Shown: piece after piece, positions 24,877-32,231 of the stretch
Numbering within the stretch: position 1 is the first letter of the stretch
How the letters are laid out: every line of letters starts with the position of its first letter
Source: Candidatus Eiseniibacteriota bacterium
Lineage (GTDB): Bacteria; Eisenbacteria; RBG-16-71-46; SZUA-252
Direction: 5' to 3'
Assembly (NCBI GenBank): GCA_016880395.1
Contig: JAEHDN010000162.1
Coordinates: forward strand, 1 to 32,231
DNA: 32,231 bases
Made by a program: the position numbers and the translations under genes
Notes under the pieces: generated by a model
Seen by the model: only the letters and a program-made list of their open reading frames with translations
What the model was told of the DNA's origin: nothing
The model's database searches: none

Positions 24877-26001
24877 TCAGGGGGTGATGCCCACCTCGGT
24901 GAGGAAGTCGCGGAGGCGGCGCTCGGCGGTGGCGGCCGTGGCGGGATCCTCCCCCGCCAAGCGGATGGCGCGGCGGTAGTGGTGCGCGATCTCGTCGATC
25001 GCGGCGGAGTCGGGTGCCGATCCGGCGCGCAGACGGGCCGCTTCCGCGAGGTAGAGCCGCACGCGGGCCGAGTCGAGCGCGGAGGAAGCCCCTCCCGTGC
25101 GGTAGAGGTTCCGGAGCACGGGCTCCGCCCGGAGCACGAGCTGGTCCGACACGCCGGGGCCCCAGAGCGGCGGGAGGCCGTAGCGTCCGAGCGTCGATTG
25201 GAGGCGGCCTTCCGTCGCGGAGGGCGGCGCTGCCGCCTGGCGCTCGCGCGCCTCACCCACCGCGCCCAGGGTCGCCGCCCCTTCGCCGGCCGCCGGGGCC
25301 TTCATGGCCTGCGGGGCGGACTCGAGCTTCGAGAACGCCTGATCCTTCGATTCCTTGCGCGCGACCTCGTCCCTCTCACCGTTTGCTTCGGGCAGGAGCG
25401 CCACGCTCTCCCCCGCGCCGGTCGCGGGCTTCGCCTGCTGCTGCGCGAGGGCCCGTTCCTTGCCGCTCGCGGGCGCGGGCGCGGCCGGCGCCCCCACCGT
25501 GGGCGAAGGCGCGGTCGTGTCCCGAGACGCCCCGCGGAGTGCGGCGTCCGGCGCCGAACGCTCGAGCACCGCCACCTGCGGCGGCGATCCGTGCAGCGCG
25601 AGCAGCACCACCACGACCACCACCGCGGCCATGGCGCTGACCGCCGATCCGACCGCGATCCACGGAAGCCGCGGCGCGCCACCACGCCGCTCCTCGGGCT
25701 CCGCGTCGTCCCGCCGGCGCTCGAGCGGCGTGTCCGGCGCCGGCGCCCGCACGACGTGCGGTGCGGCCGCGCGGACCTTGGCCATCACCTGCGCCTGCAT
25801 CCGATCGTAGTACGCGTCTCCCACCTCCTCGGGGCGCGCGTGGAGCGCGGCCTCGAGCTTCGACATCTCGTCCACCTGCTCGCGGCAGGCGCGACACCCC
25901 ATGACATGCGCTTCGACGAGGACGCGGCGCTCGGCTTGCAGCTCGCCGTCGCGGTAGGCGAACAGCTCCTCGGGGGTGGGATGGAGGGTATCGGTGCTCA
26001 T
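24877..26001 (-). CDS. Anti-sigma factor (zf-HC2 type) with a single TM helix and a ~230-aa extracytoplasmic domain
   Basis: ATG at 26001 overlaps the sigma gene stop (ATGA). Motif HVMGCRAC (H-x3-C-x2-C). TM helix LPWIAVGSAVSAMAAVVVVVVLLAL. Confidence 0.75.
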   Translation of the reverse strand: MSTDTLHPTPEELFAYRDGELQAERRVLVEAHVMGCRACREQVDEMSKLEAALHARPEEVGDAYYDRMQAQVMAKVRAAAPHVVRAPAPDTPLERRRDDAEPEERRGGAPRLPWIAVGSAVSAMAAVVVVVVLLALHGSPPQVAVLERSAPDAALRGASRDTTAPSPTVGAPAAPAPASGKERALAQQQAKPATGAGESVALLPEANGERDEVARKESKDQAFSKLESAPQAMKAPAAGEGAATLGAVGEARERQAAAPPSATEGRLQSTLGRYGLPPLWGPGVSDQLVLRAEPVLRNLYRTGGASSALDSARVRLYLAEAARLRAGSAPDSAAIDEIAHHYRRAIRLAGEDPATAATAERRLRDFLTEVGITP

Positions 26002-26594
26002 CGTTCGTCCGCCTTCGGGGTCTGCGTCATCTGTTCCATCAGGGCCTCGCGCGCGCGGGCGAGGCGCGACATCACGGTCCCCACCGGAACGTCGAGCGTC
26101 TGGGCGATCAGCGCGTAGGAGAGGTCGGCCTCGACGCGGAGCGCGAGGATGACCCGGTGCTCTTCGCTCAGGCGCGCGTACGCGCGTTCCACGTCCAGGC
26201 GCCGTTCCCAGAATCCCGGGTCCGTCCCGGGATCGGCGGTCCGCTCCGCCAGCGAGGCGGACCCGCCAGGACCGGGATCGTCCAGCGAGGACGCCGCGCG
26301 GCGCTTCCCCTGCCGCAGGGACGAGAGGGCGGTGCGTGCCACGATCGTGAGGATCCACGGGGAGAGTGCTCGCCCGGCCTGGAAGCGGTCGAGCGCCTGG
26401 AACGCCTTCACGAAGCTCTCCTGGACGACGTCGTCCGCGTCCTCGTGATGGCGGGTGATCCGCAAGGCGAGACGGTAGGCAGGACGCTGCACGCGGCGAA
26501 CCACCTCCGCGAAGGCGTCTGTCTCGCCGCCGCGGACGAGCCGGACCAGCTCCTCGTCCGTGAGCCCCGTTCGATCGGGCCGCGCAGGGGTCAT
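25998..26594 (-). CDS. ECF (group 4) sigma-70 family RNA polymerase sigma factor
   Basis: Region 2 (DADDVVQESFVKAF, SPWILTIVAR) and region 4 (LSYALIAQTLDVPVGTVMSRLARAR). Confidence 0.9.
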   Translation of the reverse strand: MTPARPDRTGLTDEELVRLVRGGETDAFAEVVRRVQRPAYRLALRITRHHEDADDVVQESFVKAFQALDRFQAGRALSPWILTIVARTALSSLRQGKRRAASSLDDPGPGGSASLAERTADPGTDPGFWERRLDVERAYARLSEEHRVILALRVEADLSYALIAQTLDVPVGTVMSRLARAREALMEQMTQTPKADER

Positions 26595-26610
26595 CGGCCG
26601 CCGACTCTAC

Positions 26611-26636
26611 TACGCCCGGTACGGGAGGACTATTCC
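26611..26636 (-). promoter_or_regulatory. Candidate autoregulated ECF-type promoter (GGAATA-N16-CGTA)
   Basis: The minus strand reads TTTGGAATA-GTCCTCCCGTACCGGG-CGTA. It ends 16 nt before the sigma ATG, so the leader would be very short. The call rests on motif resemblance only. Confidence 0.3.
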
Positions 26637-26700
26637 AAAGGATAGGGCGCCGAGGGGACCGGCTCGGGTGGGGCTACGGGGCGGCGGGCGTTAAGACTAC

Positions 26701-26728
26701 GGGGCGGACCGCCGAAGCGGCCCGCCCC
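26701..26728 (-). terminator. GC-rich hairpin with a UUCG tetraloop after the Tad operon
   Basis: The minus strand reads GGGGCGGGCCGC-TTCG-GCGGTCCGCCCC, with 11 of 12 stem positions pairing. Lies 20 nt after the 31-aa ORF stop. No U-tract. Confidence 0.4.
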
Positions 26729-26747
26729 AGGCAAGCCACGGAACGGG

Positions 26748-26843
26748 TCAGTGGCTGGTCTTCTTGCGGCGATTGGCGCGGCGGGTCATCCACAGGAGAC
26801 CGCACGCAACCACGAGACCGTACAGAACGATCTGCTTCCACAT
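26748..26843 (-). CDS. 31-aa single-TM peptide downstream of tadC (unannotated small ORF)
   Basis: Hand-translated as MWKQIVLYGLVVACGLLWMTRRANRRKKTSH. GGAGGAGGTG lies 8 nt upstream of the ATG, which is 24 nt after the tadC stop. Hydrophobic core with a basic tail. Confidence 0.4.
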   Translation of the reverse strand: MWKQIVLYGLVVACGLLWMTRRANRRKKTSH

Positions 26844-26867
26844 GTCGGCTTCACCTCCTCCGTCGCG

Positions 26868-27791
26868 CTAGTGCGCGTTCTGTGCTGCGATCGCGTCCAT
26901 CAGCTGGATCGCGGCCGGGCCGAGAATCACGATCAGGAGCGCCGGGAAGATCAGGAAGACGAGCGGGAAGGCGAGCTTGATCCCGGCCTTGCGCGCCTGC
27001 TGCTCCGCACGCTGGCGCCGCTTGGTGCGCATGGATTCCGCGTGGGCGCGGAGCGACTGGGCGATGCTGGTTCCCAGCTTGTCGGCCTGGATCAGCATGG
27101 CCGACAGGGCGTAGAGGTCTTCGACTCCGGTGCGGCGCGCGAGGCGCCGGAGCGAGTCGGAGCGGCTCAGGCCGGCCCGGATCTCCTGGTTCACGAGAAG
27201 GAATTCGTCGCTCAGGGCCGGGCTCGCGATCGCGATCTCGCGTCCCACCCGCTCGATGGCGGCGGTGAGCCCAAGTCCAGCCTCCACACAGACGACCATC
27301 AGGTCGAGCGCGTCCGGAAGCGCCTGCTGGATGCGGCCGCGGCGGGACTCGCCGCGCATCCACAGCCAGAGCGTTGGCGTGTAGAACCCGACGACGCCGG
27401 CGACCATGCCCGAGAAGAAGATCGAGCCGATGGGGCGGGCCAGGGCGAAGTTGAGAACGATCCAGCCCACCGCAAAGACCACCGCGAGCGCGCCCTTCGC
27501 GCCCAGGAAGATCATCGGGGCGCTCTCGGTGCGGATGCCCGCGCGGACGAGGCCCGACTGGAGCGCCTCCTTGTCCTCGCCGGTCGGCAGGAAGCCGCCG
27601 AGCGAGGCGAGGAGCTGTGCGACGGGTGACGGCGACTCCGCCTCGAGCTTGGGGCGCGCGGCCAGGGCCCGGGTCCTGAGATCCCGCAGCCGGGCGGTGA
27701 CCGGATCGCGGTCCCGAACCAGGATCTGGTAGAGAGCGAGGAATCCGATTCCGAGCGCCACGGCCAGCAGGAGGGTCGAGATCAGGAACAT
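26868..27791 (-). CDS. tadC: Flp pilus assembly protein TadC (T2SS-F family)
   Basis: 307 aa. N-terminal TM helix, a T2SSF domain (LPDALDLMVVCVEAGLGL...) and C-terminal TM helices. Position in the operon after tadB. Confidence 0.85.
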   Translation of the reverse strand: MFLISTLLLAVALGIGFLALYQILVRDRDPVTARLRDLRTRALAARPKLEAESPSPVAQLLASLGGFLPTGEDKEALQSGLVRAGIRTESAPMIFLGAKGALAVVFAVGWIVLNFALARPIGSIFFSGMVAGVVGFYTPTLWLWMRGESRRGRIQQALPDALDLMVVCVEAGLGLTAAIERVGREIAIASPALSDEFLLVNQEIRAGLSRSDSLRRLARRTGVEDLYALSAMLIQADKLGTSIAQSLRAHAESMRTKRRQRAEQQARKAGIKLAFPLVFLIFPALLIVILGPAAIQLMDAIAAQNAH

Positions 27792-27795
27792 GTCG

Positions 27796-28752
27796 TCACA
27801 CCTTGATGTCGACGATCTTCCGGATCGCGAGGCCGCCGAGGAGCTGCATCAGCAGTGCGAAGCCGAGAATCGCCCGACCGTTCGGGTGGTCCCACATCTT
27901 GTGGAAGTAATCCGGCGCGGTGAGCGCCATGAACATGCCGAGCCCGGCGGGGAGGCAGGTCAGGATGAGACCCGTGAGCCGCCCCTGGGCGGTGAACGTC
28001 ATGATGTCGCCGAGGATCCGGAACCGGTCACGGATCAGCTTGCCCGTGTTCTCCAGCACCTCGGTCAGGTTGCCGCCCGTGTCCCGCTGCAGCACGACGG
28101 CGGTGACGAAGAACTTGAGATCGAGCGAGTCGACGCGGGTCGCCATGTTCGTGAGCGCCTCGCGGAGATCGAGCCCCAGGGCCTGCTCCTCGACCACGAT
28201 CGCGAACTCCGACCGCACGGGCTCGGGCGACTCGTCCGCGACGATCTGGAGCGCGCCCGAGAAGGAGATGCCTGCGCGGAGCGCGCTCACGAGGAGGTCG
28301 AGCGTGTCCGGGAACTCCTCGGCGAAGGCGCGCATGCGGGCGCTCTTCTTCTGCCCGACGAACAGGATGGGCAGGAAGCCGCCCACGGCCAGGAAGAACA
28401 CCGCGGTGATGACCTTGCCGAAGATGGCGAACGCGATCAGGTAGGCGGCCATGGCGCACGCGGAGATCAGGAGCACGAACGTCGCGACCCGCATGCCCAT
28501 CCCGGCCTGGTAGAGGAAGAGCTCGATCCGCCGGGCCATGGCCAGGTTCTTGAGGAGCGTGTCGAGCGCCGGGATGGTGCTCATCCGGGTGTCGCGCTCG
28601 AGGAGGACCGTTCCTTCCGGACCGCCCGCTTCTCCCGCGCCCACGCGCGCGCGGAGCGTCCGGGCGTCCTTCTCCCGGCGGCGCGCCACGAGAGCCGAGA
28701 CCAGCGCGGCGGTGGCCGCGAAGACCAGAATGGCTACGAAGACGAAGATCAT
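27796..28752 (-). CDS. tadB: Flp pilus assembly protein TadB (T2SS-F family)
   Basis: 318 aa. T2SSF domain (FPDTLDLLVSALRAGISF...). ATG overlaps the cpaF stop (ATGA). Confidence 0.85.
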   Translation of the reverse strand: MIFVFVAILVFAATAALVSALVARRREKDARTLRARVGAGEAGGPEGTVLLERDTRMSTIPALDTLLKNLAMARRIELFLYQAGMGMRVATFVLLISACAMAAYLIAFAIFGKVITAVFFLAVGGFLPILFVGQKKSARMRAFAEEFPDTLDLLVSALRAGISFSGALQIVADESPEPVRSEFAIVVEEQALGLDLREALTNMATRVDSLDLKFFVTAVVLQRDTGGNLTEVLENTGKLIRDRFRILGDIMTFTAQGRLTGLILTCLPAGLGMFMALTAPDYFHKMWDHPNGRAILGFALLMQLLGGLAIRKIVDIKV

Positions 28753-30128
28753 CGCCCGTTCCCCCGCTCGAAGATGCCGGTCAGATCGGTGCCGGCCAGG
28801 CGGACCTGGTCGGCGAAGTGGGGCACGACGCCGGTGGCCTCGTAGCGGCCTTCGACCTTGCCGTCGGCGCGGGTGCCGGTGCGCGTGAAGCGGAAGATCT
28901 CCTGCATGGTGACGACCGGACCTTCCATGCCCGTGATCTCGGAGATGCTGAGCACCTTGCGCGAGCCGTCCGAGATGCGCGAGACGTGGACGACCACCTG
29001 GAGCGCCGACGCGACCTGCTCGCGGATGGCCTTGTCGGGCAGCGAGTGCCCGGCCATGAGGACCAGGTTCTCGAGGCGGTGCAGCGCGTCGCGCGGGCCG
29101 TTCGAGTGGATCGTGGTGAGCGACCCGTCATGGCCCGTGTTCATGGCCTGGAGCATGTCCAGCACCTCGTCGCCGCGCACCTCGCCGACCACGATCCGGT
29201 CGGGACGCATACGGAGCGCGTTCCGCACGAGGTCGCGCTGCGTGATCATGCCGCGCCCCTCGATGTTCGGCGGACGGGTTTCGAGCCGTACGACGTGCGG
29301 CTGCTGGAGCTGGAGCTCGGCCGAGTCTTCGATGGTCACGATGCGCTCCCCTTCCGGAATGTAGCGGGAGAGGATGTTGAGGAGCGTCGTCTTGCCGGAG
29401 CCGGTGCCGCCCGTGATGAGCATGTTGATACGCGCGCGGATCGTGCCACGAAGGAGCCGCGCCATCGGCTCGGTGAGCGAACCGAGCTCGAGCAGGTTCT
29501 CGATGGAGAGCGCCTTCCTGCGGAAGCGGCGGATCGAGAGGATCGGACCGTCCAGCGCGGCGGGCGGGATGATGGCGTTCACGCGCGAGCCGTCCGGCAG
29601 GCGCGCGTCCACGAGCGGGCTCGACTCGTCGATGCGACGGCCGACCCGCGAGATGATGCGGTCGATGATGAGGCGCAGATGGGCGTCGTCCCGGAACTGG
29701 ACCGGCGTCATCTCGAGCCGTCCCAGCCGCTCGACGTAGACCTGGCGGTGGGTGTTCACCAGGATGTCCGAGATCTCCTCGTCGAGGAGGAAGGGTGTGA
29801 TCGGGCCGAGGTCGAACGTGTCGTGCAGGAGCTCCTGGATCAGCCGCTCCTCGTCGGACCGCGTGAGGCGGAGCTCGGAGTCGGAGAGGAGCCGGCGCGC
29901 GACCGACTCCACCTGGTCGCGGCGGCCGTTCTCATCGAGCCCCTCGAGGAGGGCCATGTTGAGCTTGCCGATCATCTCCCGGTGCAACCGGCGCTTCAGC
30001 TCCTGGTACTCGTCGAAGGCGGTAGGGGCCACCTGCTGCGGGCGGCCGTTCGCCGGCTCGGCCTCGGGCGTGGGCACCGTGATCTGGGAACCCGTCGCGC
30101 TGCGGCGGAATCGATCTCGTAGGCTCAT
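28749..30128 (-). CDS. cpaF: CpaF/TadA-family pilus assembly ATPase
   Basis: Walker [10 protein letters not shown], plus [11 protein letters not shown] and [15 protein letters not shown] overlaps the cpaE stop (ATGA). Confidence 0.95.
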   Translation of the reverse strand: MSLRDRFRRSATGSQITVPTPEAEPANGRPQQVAPTAFDEYQELKRRLHREMIGKLNMALLEGLDENGRRDQVESVARRLLSDSELRLTRSDEERLIQELLHDTFDLGPITPFLLDEEISDILVNTHRQVYVERLGRLEMTPVQFRDDAHLRLIIDRIISRVGRRIDESSPLVDARLPDGSRVNAIIPPAALDGPILSIRRFRRKALSIENLLELGSLTEPMARLLRGTIRARINMLITGGTGSGKTTLLNILSRYIPEGERIVTIEDSAELQLQQPHVVRLETRPPNIEGRGMITQRDLVRNALRMRPDRIVVGEVRGDEVLDMLQAMNTGHDGSLTTIHSNGPRDALHRLENLVLMAGHSLPDKAIREQVASALQVVVHVSRISDGSRKVLSISEITGMEGPVVTMQEIFRFTRTGTRADGKVEGRYEATGVVPHFADQVRLAGTDLTGIFERGNGR

Positions 30129-31414
30129 CGAAGCACCTTCCTTCCGAAGAGACCGCGTCGGATGCTCTCTTCCGCCGGGGTCGCGGGCACCTCGCGCCCG
30201 ACCAGCTTGGCTGCGAGCGAGATGATGTCCTTGGAGGCCTGCGCGTCGGGGTCATCGAGGCAGAGCGCCCGACCCGCGTTCGCGGACGCGAAGACGCGTC
30301 GATAGTCGTTCTGGATCGTGTGGTATGCCCGGACCTGAAGCGCTTCGAAGAGCTGGTCCAGGGTGATGAACCCGCGCGTGCCGGTGTAGCGGTTCACGAC
30401 AACCTTCACGCGGTCGGGAACGTCGGTGAAGTGGAGCCGGTCGAAGACCTCGAGCGCGCGCCGGGCCGCCCGGATCGAGGGAATGCTCAGCTCGGCCAGG
30501 AGCACGATCGTGGTGCTCCGGTCGAGGACCTCGAGAGATACCTCGTCGAAGGCATGCGGCGCGTCCACGACCACCGCGTCGTGGGACGATGAGAGCGCGT
30601 CGAGCACCCCGCCGGCCTGCGCCGGGGTCATCGCCTCGAAGTTCGCGAGGTCCTCCGGCTGGGCGAGCACCGAGAGCCCGGTCGAGTGGCGCAGCAGGTT
30701 CATCTGGAGCGCCGCCGAATCGAGGCGAGGGGCGCGGATCAGATCCGAGATGGACCGCTCCGCCTTGAGCCCGAGCACGTGCGCGGCCCCACTCGACTGC
30801 GCGTCGAAGTCGGCCAGCGCCACGGATTCGACGCCGAGGTGGGCCTTCATCGCGATGGCCAGGTTCGCCGCGACCACCGTGGTGCCGATGCCCCCCTTGG
30901 TGCTGAACAAAGTTGTGATCGAGCGCGCTCGGGCACCCGCAGCGGAGCGGGCGGCGCCGCTCCGTGAGACACGCTCGACCGCTTCCTGGAGGAGCGCCCG
31001 GTCGAGCGGCTTCTTCAGGACCTCCTGGGCTCCCGCGCGGATGGCGCGGAGGAGGAGCTGCGGATCCAGATTGTTGGACAGGAGGAAGAGAGCCGTGTCG
31101 GGCATGTCCATCTTGAACTGTCCGGCGGCGGTCAGCGCCTCCTCGTAGCCGTCCTGGAGATCGAGGAGCACGATGCGCGGATGGCGCTGCCGTGCGAGGA
31201 GGAGGCCGCTCCGGAGCTCGAACCGCTCTCCGACCACCTCGACGCCGGCGAGCCCGTTCAGGGCCGCGCGCGTGCTGCGCCGGTTCGACTCGTCCTCGAG
31301 GATGAGGAGGATCGTCACCGCCTCGGGGCGCGACGGTCCGTTCGAGGTGGGACGGCCCTCGCCGTTGCGCCCGCCCGGCGGGTTCGTGTTCCCGTTGTGG
31401 CTGTCGAGCGACAT
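30125..31414 (-). CDS. cpaE: CpaE/TadZ-like protein: N-terminal receiver domain plus MinD/ParA-type ATPase
   Basis: Receiver-like segment ILLILEDES...IVLLDLQ...LFLLSN...VLKKP. Deviant Walker A STKGGIGTT. RBS GGAGAAGGAG lies before the ATG. Confidence 0.85.
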   Translation of the reverse strand: MSLDSHNGNTNPPGGRNGEGRPTSNGPSRPEAVTILLILEDESNRRSTRAALNGLAGVEVVGERFELRSGLLLARQRHPRIVLLDLQDGYEEALTAAGQFKMDMPDTALFLLSNNLDPQLLLRAIRAGAQEVLKKPLDRALLQEAVERVSRSGAARSAAGARARSITTLFSTKGGIGTTVVAANLAIAMKAHLGVESVALADFDAQSSGAAHVLGLKAERSISDLIRAPRLDSAALQMNLLRHSTGLSVLAQPEDLANFEAMTPAQAGGVLDALSSSHDAVVVDAPHAFDEVSLEVLDRSTTIVLLAELSIPSIRAARRALEVFDRLHFTDVPDRVKVVVNRYTGTRGFITLDQLFEALQVRAYHTIQNDYRRVFASANAGRALCLDDPDAQASKDIISLAAKLVGREVPATPAEESIRRGLFGRKVLR

Positions 31415-31426
31415 GGCTCCTTCTCC

Positions 31427-32230
31427 CTATTCGACGAGGTGAACGCCGTAGATCCCGGTGTTGGCCGGCGGACCGGGCTCTCCGGGGGCGATGTACTTGA
31501 TGAACTGGCCGGTGACGCCGTTCTGGACCATGTCGCCGCCCGGACGCTCGCGCAGGAAGAACGCGGCGAACTTGACGATCCGCACGTACTTCGCGCCGTT
31601 CACGTCGAACGTGTCGACGATCGGCGTGAGGAACACGCGGCTCTGATTGCCCGTGTACTCCTGGTAACAGCTCGCCGACTGATCGGTATCGGCGTCCCAG
31701 CGCTCCTGGAGCGCGTCCTTGAACGGGCCGACCTTGTTGCCCGGGGAGGTCAGCACCATCTCCTGGCCGATCGTGAGGCAGCAGCCGTACCCGTGCGCCG
31801 TGTACTCATAGATCGCCGCGGCGCCGCCGCCGGTAAAGTCGTCCTCGTTGCACTCCGAGAAGTCGAGGAGCTGGAAGTTGCCCGGGCCGCTCGCTCCACC
31901 GCCACCACCACCGCCGCCGCCGCCGCCGCCACCACCTCCTCCTCCCGTGCCGCCACCACCCGAGCCGCCGCCGCCACTGTTGCCGCCGCCGTTACCGCCA
32001 CCGTTCCCACCGCCGTTGCCGCCGCCGTTGCCACCACCGTTCCCGCCACCGTTCCCACCGCCGTTGCCCCCGCCGTTACCGCCGCCGGTGCCGCCGTTGC
32101 CGTTGCCGTTGCCGCCCTTGGCCGCGAAGTAGGTCGGGCCCGCGGACCACGGGCCGGCGCTCGCGAGCAGAACCGGGCTGCCGTGGAACGCCCCGAATCC
32201 GGCGAGCTCGATCGTGCTCGGGCCCGGGGC
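31427..32230 (-). CDS. TadG-like pilus-associated protein, C-terminal part; 5' end lies outside the window
   Basis: Hand translation shows this frame stays open from 31759 to the window edge with no ATG, GTG or TTG, so track ORF 31427..31759 is only its tail. The C-terminus (RVFLTPIVD...VRIVKFAAFFL...VTGQFIKYI) resembles TadG-related proteins. It contains a Gly/Asn tract. Confidence 0.6.
   Translation of the reverse strand, partial: APGPSTIELAGFGAFHGSPVLLASAGPWSAGPTYFAAKGGNGNGNGGTGGGNGGGNGGGNGGGNGGGNGGGNGGGNGGGNGGGNSGGGGSGGGGTGGGGGGGGGGGGGGGGGASGPGNFQLLDFSECNEDDFTGGGAAAIYEYTAHGYGCCLTIGQEMVLTSPGNKVGPFKDALQERWDADTDQSASCYQEYTGNQSRVFLTPIVDTFDVNGAKYVRIVKFAAFFLRERPGGDMVQNGVTGQFIKYIAPGEPGPPANTGIYGVHLVE
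31895..32116 (-). repeat. Coding low-complexity tract: GGNGNGNGGT-(GGGN)9-SGGGGSGGGGT-G17
   Basis: Codon-by-codon translation of the minus strand. Nine 12-nt units occupy 31979-32086, and 17 Gly codons occupy 31895-31945, including a perfect (gcc)6 run on the plus strand. Confidence 0.85.
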
Positions 32231-32231
32231 C

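Noticed and set aside
26751-27629. 292-aa plus-strand ORF across the tadC region.
   Set aside because: It is antisense to a well-supported T2SS-F family gene and has no motifs. Only the short minus-strand ORF at 26748..26843 looks genuine in this area.
31848-32132. Plus-strand ORF encoding a striking poly-proline protein (PPPPPP...LPPP).
   Set aside because: It is the reverse complement of the Gly/Asn tract in the minus-strand TadG-like gene. That gene's frame is open through the whole region and continues into a recognisable C-terminal domain.
1-32231. Search for CRISPR arrays, IS or transposase genes, integrases, toxin-antitoxin pairs, restriction-modification or other defence genes, and compositional islands.
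   Set aside because: No spaced direct repeats, no terminal inverted repeats and no recombinase-like or nuclease-like ORFs were seen. Composition and codon style look uniform apart from the 17245-17531 intergenic region. The window reads as core chromosome with envelope-related accessory genes.

Overview
This is a very GC-rich (roughly 70% by eye), gene-dense chromosomal segment. I found no rRNA, tRNA, CRISPR array, IS element, integrase or phage gene. I support 35 protein-coding genes, two of them absent from the ORF track as such. Many neighbouring genes are joined by 4-nt ATGA or GTGA stop/start overlaps, which suggests translational coupling.

Gene content, left to right:
- 3' end of a HemY-type protoporphyrinogen oxidase gene.
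- A minus-strand aa3-type cytochrome c oxidase operon: subunits II, I, III, IV, a second subunit-III paralog, and a small CxxC membrane protein.
- queE-queD.
- An FA2H/Scs7-like fatty acid hydroxylase followed directly by mlaE-mlaF-mlaD.
- A 7.7-kb co-directional minus-strand block. An alpha-oxoamine synthase (Spt-like), a GNAT-like acyltransferase and an SDR reductase sit between two large secreted repeat proteins that share a T9SS/FlgD-Ig-like C-terminal domain.
- A secreted DUF1028 protein.
- Citrate synthase, an NRDE (TANGO2-like) protein and an ICMT-family methyltransferase.
- A divergent pair: a hypothetical protein and an amicyanin-like cupredoxin lipoprotein.
- A DUF1579 protein.
- An ABC-2 exporter.
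- An ECF sigma / anti-sigma pair.
- The distal part of a Tad/Flp pilus operon: TadG-like, CpaE/TadZ, CpaF, TadB, TadC and a 31-aa peptide.

The duplicated subunit III, the C-terminal sorting-type domains and the GC content suggest an uncultured FCB-group, Gemmatimonadota or Eisenbacteria-like organism. This is inference only.

I see no recognisable defence, toxin or mobile system. The best candidates for novelty are:
- the putative long-chain-base (ceramide or sulfonolipid-type) lipid operon and its possible link to the hydroxylase-Mla operon;
- an unnamed eight-fold ~55-aa repeat protein;
- a (GGGN)9-poly-Gly tract in the TadG-like protein;
- two small unannotated membrane peptides;
- the NRDE-ICMT coupling.

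The long ORFs antisense to these genes are GC-driven shadows.
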